64,000 bases of DNA from Candidatus Thermosaccharophagus tengchongensis (GCA_032161105.1 JAVHTD010000007.1), one strand, 5' to 3'; shown: positions 1 to 10,216, counted from the first letter of the stretch. The notes: a model not told the origin generated them from the sequence alone. Numbers and translations are program-made.

Positions 1-259
1 GTTTGAGCCCTTGCGTCTTTTCAATCGCTTCAAGCACACCGCTCTTGAGCGCATCAAGCATGCAGTATGCCCTTAAAGCCACGAGGGCATCGCTGAACTT
101 GTGATTGACTATGGCATGCTCAACTTTTGGGTCTTGAAAGTCAAGCATCTCCATCGCCCCATCAAAGGCAATATTGCGCTTGGAACGCACCACAGCTTCC
201 ACATCTCCCTTCAAGTTTGGCATGTGTTGGGCACACCCAAAAGAGCGTTCAAAACTCAT
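1..259 (-). CDS. Partial ORF running off the window (hypothetical; possibly a winged-helix N-terminus of a SAM methyltransferase)
   Basis: Open frame MSFERSFG...DALKSGVLEAIEKTQGLK from ATG at 259, overlapping the hemC stop; no stop before position 1; start uncertain. Confidence 0.5.
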   Translation of the reverse strand, partial: MSFERSFGCAQHMPNLKGDVEAVVRSKRNIAFDGAMEMLDFQDPKVEHAIVNHKFSDALVALRAYCMLDALKSGVLEAIEKTQGLK

Positions 260-1220
260 GCGGCTGTTGGTTGGTGAGCAATTTCTCAGCACCGTCAGCC
301 ATGAGCATCTCGGCAAGGCGAATGCCGAGTTCCCTCGGTCTTGATGCGGCGCCGCGCATTGCTTTCCTAATGAGCAGTTTGCCACCCTGACTTGCCACAG
401 CCGCTGTCAATTCAAGCTCATCATTTCCAACCCATCTTGCGCATGCGCCAACCGGCACATGGCAACCAGCGCCGAGAGCCGAAACAAGCGCCCTTTCAGC
501 TTCAACTTCCGCTCGTGCCCTCTCATCGTCCAGCGGCTTAATCAAACTTATCACGGTTTCGTCATCGGAGCGCGCTTCAATTGCAAGTGCGCCCTGCCCA
601 GCAGCAGGAGTGCAGACATGAATTGGAAGGAGTGCTGTTATTCTGTGCTCAAGTCCGAGCCTGATGAGCGCCGCTGCGGCAACGACTATCGCGTCAAATC
701 CACCCTCATCAAGCTTGCGCAACCTTGTGTCCACATTGCCGCGCATGTGCCTCATGACAAGGTCTGGACGCAAGTGGAGCAACTGGGCATGTCGGCGCAA
801 ACTTGAAGTGCCCATAACGGCGCCAACTGGAAGGATGTTGAGAATGTCTATGTCCGATGCCCCCTCCGGAGCCTCAGTTGCCCGTTGGGAAGCGCGCATC
901 ACAATCGCATCTCTTGGATCAAGGCGATTGCACACGGCTGCGATGGTCAATCCATCCATGATGGTCGTCGGCAAATCCTTTGCGCTGTGCACGGCGATGT
1001 CAATCTCTCCATTCAGCAGAGCCATTTCAATCTCCTTCACGAAGAAACCCTTCCCACCAACGCGCTGCAACGGCACATCCCCAATTACATCGCCCTTCGT
1101 TCGGATCACGCATACACGGATGCGGAGGTCGGGATATAGCCTGCGAAGTTCATCAATGACGATTTGTGATTGAGCGAGTGCAAGCTTGCTTCCTCTCGTC
1201 CCCAAACGAAGTTCGTTCAC
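249..1220 (-). CDS. hemC: Hydroxymethylbilane synthase (porphobilinogen deaminase)
   Basis: LGTRGSKLALAQ, GKGFFVKEIE, VHSAKDLP, GTSSLRR, RGNVDTRL, GAGCHVPVG motifs. Confidence 0.97.
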   Translation of the reverse strand: MNELRLGTRGSKLALAQSQIVIDELRRLYPDLRIRVCVIRTKGDVIGDVPLQRVGGKGFFVKEIEMALLNGEIDIAVHSAKDLPTTIMDGLTIAAVCNRLDPRDAIVMRASQRATEAPEGASDIDILNILPVGAVMGTSSLRRHAQLLHLRPDLVMRHMRGNVDTRLRKLDEGGFDAIVVAAAALIRLGLEHRITALLPIHVCTPAAGQGALAIEARSDDETVISLIKPLDDERARAEVEAERALVSALGAGCHVPVGACARWVGNDELELTAAVASQGGKLLIRKAMRGAASRPRELGIRLAEMLMADGAEKLLTNQQPHEF

Positions 1221-1235
1221 GGTTGTCCACCCGCT

Positions 1236-1922
1236 TCACTGCCGCACAAATTCGGAGATCACTTGGTTGAGCAACTTCAGTGCGCCACCCGCATCGCCGT
1301 CAGCCAGCAATTGCAAGATGCCCCGCCGTATTGCTTCCCTCAATGCCTCCGTGCGCCTCTCCGGCTCCTTTATGGCAGCCTTCAATTTGCCGCGCACATC
1401 GCGCAACAGTTCAGCGAGCATTGCGTATTCTTCGGTGACGACGGATGCGATCTTATCTCGCAGGATTACAGCCAGAGCCGGGCTTGCCCCCGATGTGTCA
1501 ACGCTTATTTCAATCAAGCCGCGCTTTAAAACCGCCGGCATGATGAATGTGCACAGGTTTATGTCATCAGCGACATTTACCGGGATGCCAATTGAGCGGG
1601 CATCTTCGGCGACCCTCCTATTGGTAGACGCATCATCCGTGCACGCGAAGGCTAAATTCGCCCCGTTAAGGTGACCCCTCTCATATTCGCTCTCAATCAG
1701 CTCAATCCTTCCATCCACTGCAAGTTGCTTTATCTCCTCGCACGGTTTTGTGCATACCACTCTGACTGCAACACCGCGCTCAAGCAATGCATGTGCCTTC
1801 CTTAGCGCTACCTTGCCACCGCCAACTATAATGGCTTTCACTTCGCTCGCCTTCAGGACTATCGGTAAACCGTTAAACACGCTGCCACTCCTCCTGCCGG
1901 AGGTTTGAGGGCGCAACTTCAC
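1236..1922 (-). CDS. sirC: Precorrin-2 dehydrogenase/sirohydrochlorin ferrochelatase (SirC/CysG N-terminal type)
   Basis: IVGGGKVALRK Rossmann motif, PVNVADD..CTFIMPA, ISVDTSGASPALA; next to hemC; start may lie slightly downstream. Confidence 0.9.
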   Translation of the reverse strand: MKLRPQTSGRRSGSVFNGLPIVLKASEVKAIIVGGGKVALRKAHALLERGVAVRVVCTKPCEEIKQLAVDGRIELIESEYERGHLNGANLAFACTDDASTNRRVAEDARSIGIPVNVADDINLCTFIMPAVLKRGLIEISVDTSGASPALAVILRDKIASVVTEEYAMLAELLRDVRGKLKAAIKEPERRTEALREAIRRGILQLLADGDAGGALKLLNQVISEFVRQ

Positions 1923-1926
1923 AGTG

Positions 1927-3555
1927 TTAAAGCACGCTTGCGATCGCTTCCATCACGGCCTCGTCCGGGATTGGCTCGCTCGTCATGAACGCGCTGCCAA
2001 TCTCTGTTGGGAGGATGAAGCGAAGCATCCTTCCACGCCTCTTCTTATCAAGCGCCATCGCCTCGTAAATCCGCTCCGGCGAAATGTCGGTTACACCGGC
2101 TTCCGAGAGACTCGTTGGCAAGCCTGCTTTCTTCAACAGCTCCAATTGCTCATCCAGCACATCTTGTGAGCACACTCCAAGAATGCATGCCATCCTTGAA
2201 GCTGCTATCATCCCGATGGCAACAGCCTCCCCGTGCAACAGCTTGCTATAGCCAGTGGCAGCTTCAATGGCATGTCCGAATGTATGCCCGTAGTTGAGCA
2301 GCGACCGTTCGCCTCTCCTTTCATGTTCATCGCGCTCAACAATGCGCGCTTTTATCTCGCAGCAGCGTGCGACAATTTCGGAGAGGGTCGGTAAGTCCCT
2401 TTCATTCAGCGCATCAATGTTGCGCTTGATGGTATCAAACAGCGAGGCATCTGCTATGACGCCATATTTGATCACTTCTGCAAGCCCCTCCCTGTAGGCT
2501 CTTTCCGGCAGGGTGTGAATTGTCTCAACATCGGCTATCACGAGTTTCGGTTGATAGAAACATCCGATGAGGTTTTTCGCCCTCGGATGGTCAACTGCTA
2601 CCTTCCCACCTATTGCGGCATCAACTTGCCCGAGCAAGGTCGTTGGAGCATTCACGAGAGATATGCCGCGCATGTAAGTTGCAGCAACGAATCCACCGAG
2701 GTCGGTTATCACGCCGCCGCCAAACGCTATAAGCGTTCCGTCCCTCGTCATCCCGAACTCAATTAGTGCATCATATAGGCGCATCGCAAACTCAAACGAC
2801 TTTGTTGCCTCACCGGACGGGAGCGACACCGTTGATAAGGGTATACTGCGAACTTCAAATGCTCTTTGAGGGCGGTGCAGCTGCGTCCGAGCAACGCACT
2901 CGTCGGTGAGAAGCACGAAGGGCTCTTTGAGCCCAGCTGCGTTGAGGATGTTTGGCATGCACTCGCAAAGCCCCTTCCCGATGAGGATGTGGTATGTCCT
3001 CCCGTCAAGGCAAACGGGCACTGAGCGTGCATCATCGGGGAGCGAATCTACCCAAGCCATAATTTGCGATGCGACCTCTTCTGGGCTAAGTTCATCGGTC
3101 TGAATCACAAAATCAGCTCGGCGATAAAATGCCTCCCTTCGTTCAAGCAATTCAAGTATGCGGCTGAAGCGATCGCTCACATCCAGCAGAGGTCTGTCCT
3201 GTGCGTCCTTGATTCGCTTCCAGATTGTTATGGGTGAGGCACGCAGGTAAAACAGGAGCCCGTTGGAGCGCAGCGCCCGGATGTTCTCTTCAAATGTGGG
3301 CACGCCGCCGCCGGTGCTTATTACAAGCCCACTTTTGGATGCGACCTCCCTTACAACCTCCTTTTCAAGCTCGCGAAACCACGCCTCACCATGCGTGCGA
3401 AATATCTCGCTTATGCTCATTCCGGCTCGCTGTTCAATGATTGCATCGGTGTCCGCAAACTCCATCCCGAGCATATGTGCCAACCTTTTTCCAATGTCGC
3501 TTTTGCCGCTACCCATGAATCCGATCAGCACAACATTCCGGTTGTGTCGCTTCAT
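1927..3555 (-). CDS. aroKB: Bifunctional shikimate kinase / 3-dehydroquinate synthase
   Basis: N-terminal GFMGSGKS P-loop, GEAWFRELE, STGGG, RPLL; C-terminal GGGVITDLGGF, PTTLLGQVDAAIGGK, LNYGHTFGHAIE. Confidence 0.95.
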   Translation of the reverse strand: MKRHNRNVVLIGFMGSGKSDIGKRLAHMLGMEFADTDAIIEQRAGMSISEIFRTHGEAWFRELEKEVVREVASKSGLVISTGGGVPTFEENIRALRSNGLLFYLRASPITIWKRIKDAQDRPLLDVSDRFSRILELLERREAFYRRADFVIQTDELSPEEVASQIMAWVDSLPDDARSVPVCLDGRTYHILIGKGLCECMPNILNAAGLKEPFVLLTDECVARTQLHRPQRAFEVRSIPLSTVSLPSGEATKSFEFAMRLYDALIEFGMTRDGTLIAFGGGVITDLGGFVAATYMRGISLVNAPTTLLGQVDAAIGGKVAVDHPRAKNLIGCFYQPKLVIADVETIHTLPERAYREGLAEVIKYGVIADASLFDTIKRNIDALNERDLPTLSEIVARCCEIKARIVERDEHERRGERSLLNYGHTFGHAIEAATGYSKLLHGEAVAIGMIAASRMACILGVCSQDVLDEQLELLKKAGLPTSLSEAGVTDISPERIYEAMALDKKRRGRMLRFILPTEIGSAFMTSEPIPDEAVMEAIASVL

Positions 3556-3613
3556 GTCCTCATCACCTGAGTCGTAGTGTTGTCACTCGGATTGCACAAG
3601 ATGCCTTGGCGAT

Positions 3614-6577
3614 TCATTCGGCGCCGTAGAGGGCGAAATAGCTTGCCGGCGGTATCACTTCCCTCTCGAACGAAGGACCCTTCCACATCACCCGTATAGA
3701 TGCAACTGGCGGTGGTCCCTGATAGAACTCAAGCTTGAACTCATGCACACCCTTCGTTAACTGTATTGGCTTGCTCGCAACGGAGCGTTGAGGTCCTATG
3801 CGCCATTCATCAATTACAAGCTCGCCATCAATCCAAAGGCGAGCTGCGTCGTCCAAGTCCTCAAAGAAGAATTGATATTCACCATCCTCTGGGATGAGCA
3901 GCTTCCCGTGCCACTTTACGCCCCAGTATTGTGAACTCATCTCCGGATGCGGTCTTGTGTTCCAGTCATGGTTTATTGCGGGGTCAACCCGTGAGAAGAT
4001 GTAGCGCTGGAAGAGCGGTCCCGGAGGCGGCTCTCCGAGTTTCCAACCCTGTGGTTCTGGGTCATCGTAATAGTCACCCTTTACGCCCTCGGGGAAAATG
4101 ACGAGCTGTTTCGGCATCTTGGGCGAGCTGAATGAAAGCCTTATGGAGGCACCCGGACCGGGACCTTGATGGTATTCAACTATGGCATTGTGGAAGCCAG
4201 CATTTAGCTCAACTGGACGGCTCACATGGGTTGCCGGCATTTGTATCTTCCAAGCATCCAAGACAAGCTCACCGTCAATGTAAAGCCTCGCTGCATCATC
4301 AAGGTTGTCAAAGTAGAAGGTATACTTGTCGGTGCGCGGAACGAAAATCCTGCCCTGCCATCTTACGCTCCAAAATTCGCTCCCCATCTCGGGATGTGGT
4401 GATGTTCCAACATCCCACCTGAAATCAATCATTTCGTCCTTGCGCGTAAACACGAGTTTTGAGAAGGTCGCCTTCGGCGGCTCACCAACTTCGTATGTCT
4501 CCGCATCTTCATCATCGTAGTATTCTCCAATCACGCCATCGGGGAAGAAACCGCGCGGCGGACCGGGTAGCAAGCTCCTTCTCACAACAGCCTTCCAATA
4601 TTCAATCGGGCTATATGTTGGCTCAAGCGGTTGGTGCAGCTCGTATTCAATTGTGAGCTTCGGTGCCGTCAGCGTTTTTCCACCCGCAAACTCTACTGAG
4701 CCGCTGCCGGAGATGGGGCATAGCAGCAAGCCGCTGTTTTCTGCTTTCCCTTCAACCCACGCCCTCACAACATCGGTGACATCAAAATTAACCCAATCAC
4801 CAGCTGCTGTCACCTTAGCCAATGCCTCTTCGCCGCGCTGCGAAGCTCGCCTAAAGCTGAGGCGTGGTGAGTTGTTTCCGTCGCCGGGGAAATCGCCTCC
4901 GGGCGTGCTCCATGTTGTTTCTCCATCGGGTGATAACCATGTGACCTTTTCTTGGCGCCATCGCCTGAGCAATCTAAAGACACCGAGAGTAAGCTCACCT
5001 TCACACTTTAAGGCATACAGTGATAGCACTGCCCGCTTTATCCTGCTTCCCGTCGGCATAACTGAGAGGTCAAAGCGAAGCAATACCCTGCTCGTTGTCT
5101 TATCCTGTCTCACGAGTGTTAGCGAACGGGTGTCAACGAGACCCCTTTTCGGGTCAGCATTGGTAATACATGCTTCCTCATAGCCGCTGTATCCGGCGAG
5201 ATTTTGTTGGAGGGTGACGGTGCGCAGCCTGCTCATTCCCAAGTTTGAGATCACTTTGAAGTCATCAATGGAGCACTCGCTCCGAAAAACAAGCACACCA
5301 GCCTGCCCGCCATTTAATGGCTTGCTGTCAAGGTATTCAAGTAACCATTCTCTCGGTTCATGCTCATCGCCCCAAACTTTTGCCCGTATGAGCAAGCCGT
5401 TATAATGGGGTTGCAGTCTGAGTTGCATCGTGCACCATTTTCCCTCATCAATGCGCGATGGTGCGCTGCCGAGGTGAAATGTTTGCTCGCCATCCCGCTT
5501 ATCAAGCATGACCACACCGCGAGCATACCACAGCCTATAGAAATGCTCACCGGCATCGTCAATGCTGTGATAGCCAATGATGCCGTAACCCCAAACTGTG
5601 CGGACTTTATCGGCACGGAGCTTCGCTGTGATCGTATAATCTCTCCAGTGCACAATCGCATACGAGTTTTCGTCAAACGAAAGCGGTGTCTCATCCTCAA
5701 TCTGCCTGCACACGTGAACACCATCCTCCTTATCCACAATCCATTTGCCACCGTATAGCGAGAAAGAGAGCGGTGCTTGCCCCTTGCGGTCTCCTTGGAA
5801 GTCCTCGCTAAAAAGAACCGCAGCTTGCCTCCCGCTTAAACTCTCGCTGTTTGATGTGACGACCAATTCTCCGAAGATGGCATCGCAGCTTGCGGTCCAA
5901 AGCCCGGCTAAGCCGGCTTTGAAGGATGGATTTGTATCGGAGGTTGTTAGCATCCACTGCTGAGGTTCGCTGCTCTGCGCCGCCCATACCTTTCCCCTCA
6001 GCTCAACTCTCCCTTCAAGGGTTGTCACTTGCAGCTTGAGGTAATGCCAGCAGCGGAGTGTCATTGGGAAATCTGTTCTCGCTAACAGGAGGGCTTTCCC
6101 ATTCTCCACTTTGATGATGTTCATTCCCGAGCCATCCACATAGAAGCGATAATGGTTGCGCCTGTCATGCCAATATGCAACCATTCCAGCACCCCAATTT
6201 GAGCCGCAGGTCATCACTTTGAGGCGAGTGATTACAGTGTAATCTTGCCATGTGGCTATTGCGTATGCAGCCACTTCCATGTCAGTTTGAAGTTGCTTCA
6301 GGACATTGCTCTCCTCTCTAACGATGAGCCATTGCCCTCGCATGAACTCCCAATTGCTCGGGGCAGTTTGCACTGCGTGCCTTTCAAAGTCGTCCGAAAA
6401 AATTACGGGCGCCAAGAGTTGCTCAGCTGCGCATGAACAAACTTGAAGTTCAAACATCGCATGCACCAGCACCATCGTGGCAGTCAAAAGGTAACGAATC
6501 AGCATGAGGCTGCAGTTAGACCGAGTTGTTAGCTTGACACTTGATGCATCCCGCATACGCTGCACTGGAAGCTTCAC
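3614..6577 (-). CDS. Large secreted glycan-binding-type protein: 2 ConA/LamG(DUF1080)-like domains, DNRLRE-like domain, 2 PA14 domains
   Basis: Two FSDDF..W..GQW..DYT..HYR..WH..KVW..EP..W..G.AG..DDF repeats; LLRFDLS..WVNFDVTDVVRAW..PKLTIEY; two GxYY..IDFxW..WxG..DDAARLxIDG..EYxQ PA14 repeats; hydrophobic N-terminus; true start may be downstream. Confidence 0.75.
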   Translation of the reverse strand: MKLPVQRMRDASSVKLTTRSNCSLMLIRYLLTATMVLVHAMFELQVCSCAAEQLLAPVIFSDDFERHAVQTAPSNWEFMRGQWLIVREESNVLKQLQTDMEVAAYAIATWQDYTVITRLKVMTCGSNWGAGMVAYWHDRRNHYRFYVDGSGMNIIKVENGKALLLARTDFPMTLRCWHYLKLQVTTLEGRVELRGKVWAAQSSEPQQWMLTTSDTNPSFKAGLAGLWTASCDAIFGELVVTSNSESLSGRQAAVLFSEDFQGDRKGQAPLSFSLYGGKWIVDKEDGVHVCRQIEDETPLSFDENSYAIVHWRDYTITAKLRADKVRTVWGYGIIGYHSIDDAGEHFYRLWYARGVVMLDKRDGEQTFHLGSAPSRIDEGKWCTMQLRLQPHYNGLLIRAKVWGDEHEPREWLLEYLDSKPLNGGQAGVLVFRSECSIDDFKVISNLGMSRLRTVTLQQNLAGYSGYEEACITNADPKRGLVDTRSLTLVRQDKTTSRVLLRFDLSVMPTGSRIKRAVLSLYALKCEGELTLGVFRLLRRWRQEKVTWLSPDGETTWSTPGGDFPGDGNNSPRLSFRRASQRGEEALAKVTAAGDWVNFDVTDVVRAWVEGKAENSGLLLCPISGSGSVEFAGGKTLTAPKLTIEYELHQPLEPTYSPIEYWKAVVRRSLLPGPPRGFFPDGVIGEYYDDEDAETYEVGEPPKATFSKLVFTRKDEMIDFRWDVGTSPHPEMGSEFWSVRWQGRIFVPRTDKYTFYFDNLDDAARLYIDGELVLDAWKIQMPATHVSRPVELNAGFHNAIVEYHQGPGPGASIRLSFSSPKMPKQLVIFPEGVKGDYYDDPEPQGWKLGEPPPGPLFQRYIFSRVDPAINHDWNTRPHPEMSSQYWGVKWHGKLLIPEDGEYQFFFEDLDDAARLWIDGELVIDEWRIGPQRSVASKPIQLTKGVHEFKLEFYQGPPPVASIRVMWKGPSFEREVIPPASYFALYGAE

Positions 6578-7857
6578 CTCCCCACATTAAACTCAACTTT
6601 CAGGTCGTCAAATTCACACGATGTTGCGAGAGAGACAAAACCGAATGTCCCCGATGGGATTCGTCCCTTGCTGTCATCAGTTACATCAAGCTGCCAATCA
6701 GCCGCTTCCTTCTGGTCTGTGCGCCATATCTTCGCTTGCAAGTTGGTAGCGCTGCCTGCAGCGCTGATGCGAAACTTAAACCAATACCATTGCCCCCTCT
6801 CAACTGTGAGGTGACGCTCGGCGAGCATTTTTGGCTTCTGCTCCTCTGGGGTGTATGCGAGCAACACGAGCCTTGTTCCGCCGATGCTCAATAAGTCGTA
6901 ATGCGAGTTGGCATCTCTCCAATTAGCCGAAAGCCCAATGCCATAAACTTCAGCGCCCTCAGTGGCTCTAATGCGAGCAGTAATTGTATACGAGCCCCAA
7001 CCGATCATGACCGCGTAGCGGTTGTGCTCAAATGCGTGCTCGTTCAAAAGGCGCAGTTGTGATAGCGCCTTTGTATCGCTGTTTTTAATCTGCCACTCTC
7101 CGCCGACGGAAATCCATGTTGCGGGTGGTTGACCGATTGCATATTGCTCAAAGCCATCTCTCAATCGCACCCGCTGTTTTCCGAGTCGGTCGCCCCATGT
7201 TATTTCAAAGTCGTCAAACTCGCATGTGCACTTTGCGCACCATACACCAGCCCAACCGTGCATTACAGTTGGCGCTAAGTCCTCACCGACGAGCATCCAG
7301 GCTTTTGGCTCCTCATCATTGTCCATCCACACTTTCCCATAAAGCGACAGCCGCCTGCCAAGGTTCACAATGGAGAGTTTCATACGATGCCATTTCATCG
7401 GATCAAAAGCGTATGGCATCCAATTCAAACTGATCACCTGACCATTGTGCACTTTAACCAAATGTGCTTGGTTGCCGTAATTCAAAAGCCTGTAGTGGTT
7501 TTGTGCATCCTGCCAATATGCCACTATGCCCATCCCGGATGGCGGGAGGACTTTTATCGGACGAACTTTAACGCTCACAGTGTAGTTTGCCGGGGAGAAA
7601 ACTGCGTATGAGAGACCTTGCAAAGTGGGTGAGCTTTGTTGCAGCACTTGCTCATCTCCTGAGATGCTGATGCGCCAATCACCGCCGAATGCTTTCCAAC
7701 CGGTTGGCAGCACTCCAATTGGCTCATCTTCAAAAGTAAAGGTGTAAATGTTCAGCTGCTCTTCATTTGCGCCATCCAAGTTCATAACCATTGATACGAA
7801 TGCGCACTGGACGACCGCGCATGCGACAAACACAACCACTGTGAAATGGAGCCTCAT
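6574..7857 (-). CDS. Secreted protein with two ConA/LamG(DUF1080)-like domains, paralogous to the N-terminus of the downstream gene
   Basis: Signal-like MRLHFTVVVFVACAVVQC (ATG 7857; ORF open to 7956); same duplicated domain signature as 3614..6577. Confidence 0.7.
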   Translation of the reverse strand: MRLHFTVVVFVACAVVQCAFVSMVMNLDGANEEQLNIYTFTFEDEPIGVLPTGWKAFGGDWRISISGDEQVLQQSSPTLQGLSYAVFSPANYTVSVKVRPIKVLPPSGMGIVAYWQDAQNHYRLLNYGNQAHLVKVHNGQVISLNWMPYAFDPMKWHRMKLSIVNLGRRLSLYGKVWMDNDEEPKAWMLVGEDLAPTVMHGWAGVWCAKCTCEFDDFEITWGDRLGKQRVRLRDGFEQYAIGQPPATWISVGGEWQIKNSDTKALSQLRLLNEHAFEHNRYAVMIGWGSYTITARIRATEGAEVYGIGLSANWRDANSHYDLLSIGGTRLVLLAYTPEEQKPKMLAERHLTVERGQWYWFKFRISAAGSATNLQAKIWRTDQKEAADWQLDVTDDSKGRIPSGTFGFVSLATSCEFDDLKVEFNVGR

Positions 7858-8012
7858 AGTGACGGAGTTTAACCCCCTTGATAAAATCCCCGTGCTCACT
7901 ATCAGTGCGAACGAACGGAATTTGCGCGCGGGAACTTTGTGCAATCGTCCTTCCACACATTAGGTTGAAGCGTTATCACAGCATCGTCTACACGGGGGAT
8001 TTGTGAGGGGTA

Positions 8013-8041
8013 ATGGGGGGAGCATACGAAGCTCCCCCCAT
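8013..8041 (-). terminator. GC-rich hairpin downstream of HU (terminator-like, no U tract)
   Basis: ATGGGGGGAGC-ATACGAA-GCTCCCCCCAT, perfect 11-bp stem 18 nt after the HU stop. Confidence 0.55.
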
Positions 8042-8058
8042 GTGATGCTTTTGATGGG

Positions 8059-8340
8059 TTACTTTTGGACAGCCTCTTTAAGCGCCTTCGCCGGGCGGAA
8101 GGCAGGCACATTGCGCGGCGGGACCTCTATAAGTTCGCCTGTTTGCGGGTTGCGGACTTTGCGCTTCCCTATCCTGCGGACTCGGAAGCTGCCAAAGCCG
8201 GCAATGTTGACTGCTTCCTTCTTCCGCCCGGAGAGCGCCTTTGTTATGCAATCAAACACCGTGTTGACTGCCTTTAGCGCATCCGCTCGCTTCAACCCAA
8301 CTGCATCCGCAACAGCCTTCACAATGTCCGCCTTGTTCAT
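8059..8340 (-). CDS. hup: HU family DNA-binding protein
   Basis: MNKADIV, GFGSFRV, RNPQTGELIEVP..PAFRPAKALKEAV; SD GGAGGTG. Confidence 0.96.
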   Translation of the reverse strand: MNKADIVKAVADAVGLKRADALKAVNTVFDCITKALSGRKKEAVNIAGFGSFRVRRIGKRKVRNPQTGELIEVPPRNVPAFRPAKALKEAVQK

Positions 8341-8657
8341 TTCTCAACCCACCTCCATCAGGGTTTTCTGTTTTTTGACTTGGGCATCAGAGCAGCTACT
8401 TCACTCACCCCCTTAAGGTTGAGATTCAAGTGCATATTAGCATCATTATAAAATCATAGCGAATTTTTGCAGACATGCAACCTCATGAGATGTCATCAAA
8501 TAACGGTGCACATCAATTCCGCATCGGAGATGCAGCGGTATCACTCCCGCATGTGAAGCGATGCGTGGTGACCCTTAGGATCGCGATGATGGTGCGATAT
8601 GCTTTAAAGCGAGGAACAGTTTAAACGACCCATCTCGGATGGAGGACGGCGTATGGC

Positions 8658-9782
8658 ATGACGGTGATCGCTCACATCTGTGACATCCACATCGGCGCTC
8701 GCATCGGGAGGGTTTTTCCCGAGGACATAACTCGTTGGTGGCGGATGATGCTTGAGGATTGGAGGAGGTTGCCGCAGGAGGTAAAGCTTGTGCTGGTGTG
8801 CGGCGATCTAACATCAGATGGAACTGATGAACAACTTGATGCCGCAAGGGAAGCAATTGAATCGCTCAACGCTGAGGTGCATTTAGTTCCCGGAGAAGCC
8901 GATATAGCAATGGGGAAGGCGGGATGGATTCACAGGTTTGGGGAAATAGACAAGTTGGTGAGGCATGGAGACTTAAACATCCTCATTGTTGATGTTTTGC
9001 ATGGCGGCGAAAAACGGTTGTGGACCCTCACCGAAAAGCAGTTCAGGTGGTTGGACGATTGCTTTGATGAGCATTCCGGCGAACCATTCTTGCTTGTCCT
9101 TTATCCGCCGCTTGAAAAGCACGAGGGGATGTTTCGCCCGCCTTGGGATGAGGATGTTGCAAGTGCATTGCTTGAGAGGCTGAAGAGGGTCAATTTGCTC
9201 TGCATCCTTTGCAGCGGCATGCATTCAAACCGCGAGGAGCTCATTGATGGAAAGCTCCTTTTGGGGACTGGCGCTTTGTGTGGCTTTAGGGTAACGGACA
9301 CGCCGCCGGAAAGATGTGTTTTAACGCGCCCCGGTTACCGATTGATAGCCGTTGATGATGTTGTTCGGACATTCTGGCGTGAGATTACCTCAAGAGTTCA
9401 AGTCACGATCACCTTTATCGGCAGCTCCCACACTCTCGGACCAAGACCATTGGTCAACACGCTTGATGTCTATAGTGACTGCATTGTTTATGCGCAGGCA
9501 TATGCTCTTGATGCCGAAATAACCTCAGTGGAGATAGGGCTTGGTGGCAGCCCTTGGATTCCGATGCGCAAAGTTTGGGATGACATATGGAGTGAATGGG
9601 AGGGTGTAATTCGCGCTTACGAAATTGGTTGGGGACAACAGCTCCTTGTTGCACGCGCAAAGGCGAGCAATGGCGAGGAGGCATATGATGCTATACCCTT
9701 CTGGATGCGCAGCCTTCCATCACAAAGCGCAACTGCTGTGAGGGAGGCAACGGTGTTTGAGCTGCTGAGACGACCGCGATAG
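8658..9782 (+). CDS. Calcineurin-like metallophosphoesterase fold protein with degenerate motifs and a C-terminal Ig-like domain
   Basis: DIH and GDLT are present, but GNHD is GEAD, HHP is YPP and GHxH is GMH; SD GGAGGA. Confidence 0.7.
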   Translation: MTVIAHICDIHIGARIGRVFPEDITRWWRMMLEDWRRLPQEVKLVLVCGDLTSDGTDEQLDAAREAIESLNAEVHLVPGEADIAMGKAGWIHRFGEIDKLVRHGDLNILIVDVLHGGEKRLWTLTEKQFRWLDDCFDEHSGEPFLLVLYPPLEKHEGMFRPPWDEDVASALLERLKRVNLLCILCSGMHSNREELIDGKLLLGTGALCGFRVTDTPPERCVLTRPGYRLIAVDDVVRTFWREITSRVQVTITFIGSSHTLGPRPLVNTLDVYSDCIVYAQAYALDAEITSVEIGLGGSPWIPMRKVWDDIWSEWEGVIRAYEIGWGQQLLVARAKASNGEEAYDAIPFWMRSLPSQSATAVREATVFELLRRPR

Positions 9783-9876
9783 TAATGTGACCCTTGGAGT
9801 CATGCGCTGCCATGTTAGTTCCCTTTACCGAATTAAGCGTGCAGGTTAAAATGCATTGGTGAAGGTGTTCAAAGGA

Positions 9877-9954
9877 CGGGGCGTAGCGCAGCTTGGTTAG
9901 CGCGCTAGCATGGGGGGCTAGAGGTCGCCGGTTCAAATCCGGCCGCCCCGACCA
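9877..9954 (+). tRNA. tRNA-Pro(GGG)
   Basis: Cloverleaf: acceptor CGGGGCG/CGCCCCG, D arm GCGC/GCGC, anticodon stem CTAGC/GCTAG with loop ATGGGGG, T arm GCCGG-TTCAAAT-CCGGC, encoded ACCA end. Confidence 0.98.
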
Positions 9955-10216
9955 TCCCCAAATGGAGGCTGCTAACGAAACTGTATTGGCAGAATCGCAC
10001 TGCTGCTTTGAAGGGTGAACACAAACAGTGAAAGGGATGCAGCCAAGAAACGCAGTTCACCCGTTGGAAGACGAATGCTGCTTGCCATGCAGCCTTTGGA
10101 AGGAGAGCTTTTGGTGCAGCCCTCTCAAAAGTCGTTACCATCCCGCGATGTTGCTCATCTCTTTCCCGAGGCAGCACTGCATTTGCACAATGCCATCAAA
10201 TAGGGGATGAACCAAT

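Noticed and set aside
1927..3555. aroK-aroB fusion as a novelty
   Set aside because: Already known in several bacterial lineages
8358..8412. Short upstream ORF MPKSKNRKP and an extra SD-like GGGGGTGA before HU
   Set aside because: The SD is about 17 nt from the ATG; a 9-codon ORF is expected by chance
9877..10216. tRNA-Pro as an integration site for a genomic island
   Set aside because: No integrase nearby, no duplicated tRNA 3' end seen in the window, and the flanking genes have host-like composition
9955..10216. Possible riboswitch upstream of the aminotransferase (GGGTGAAC/GTTCACCC stem; TGCAGCC three times)
   Set aside because: Stems are short, spacing is irregular and nothing matches a riboswitch consensus I recognise
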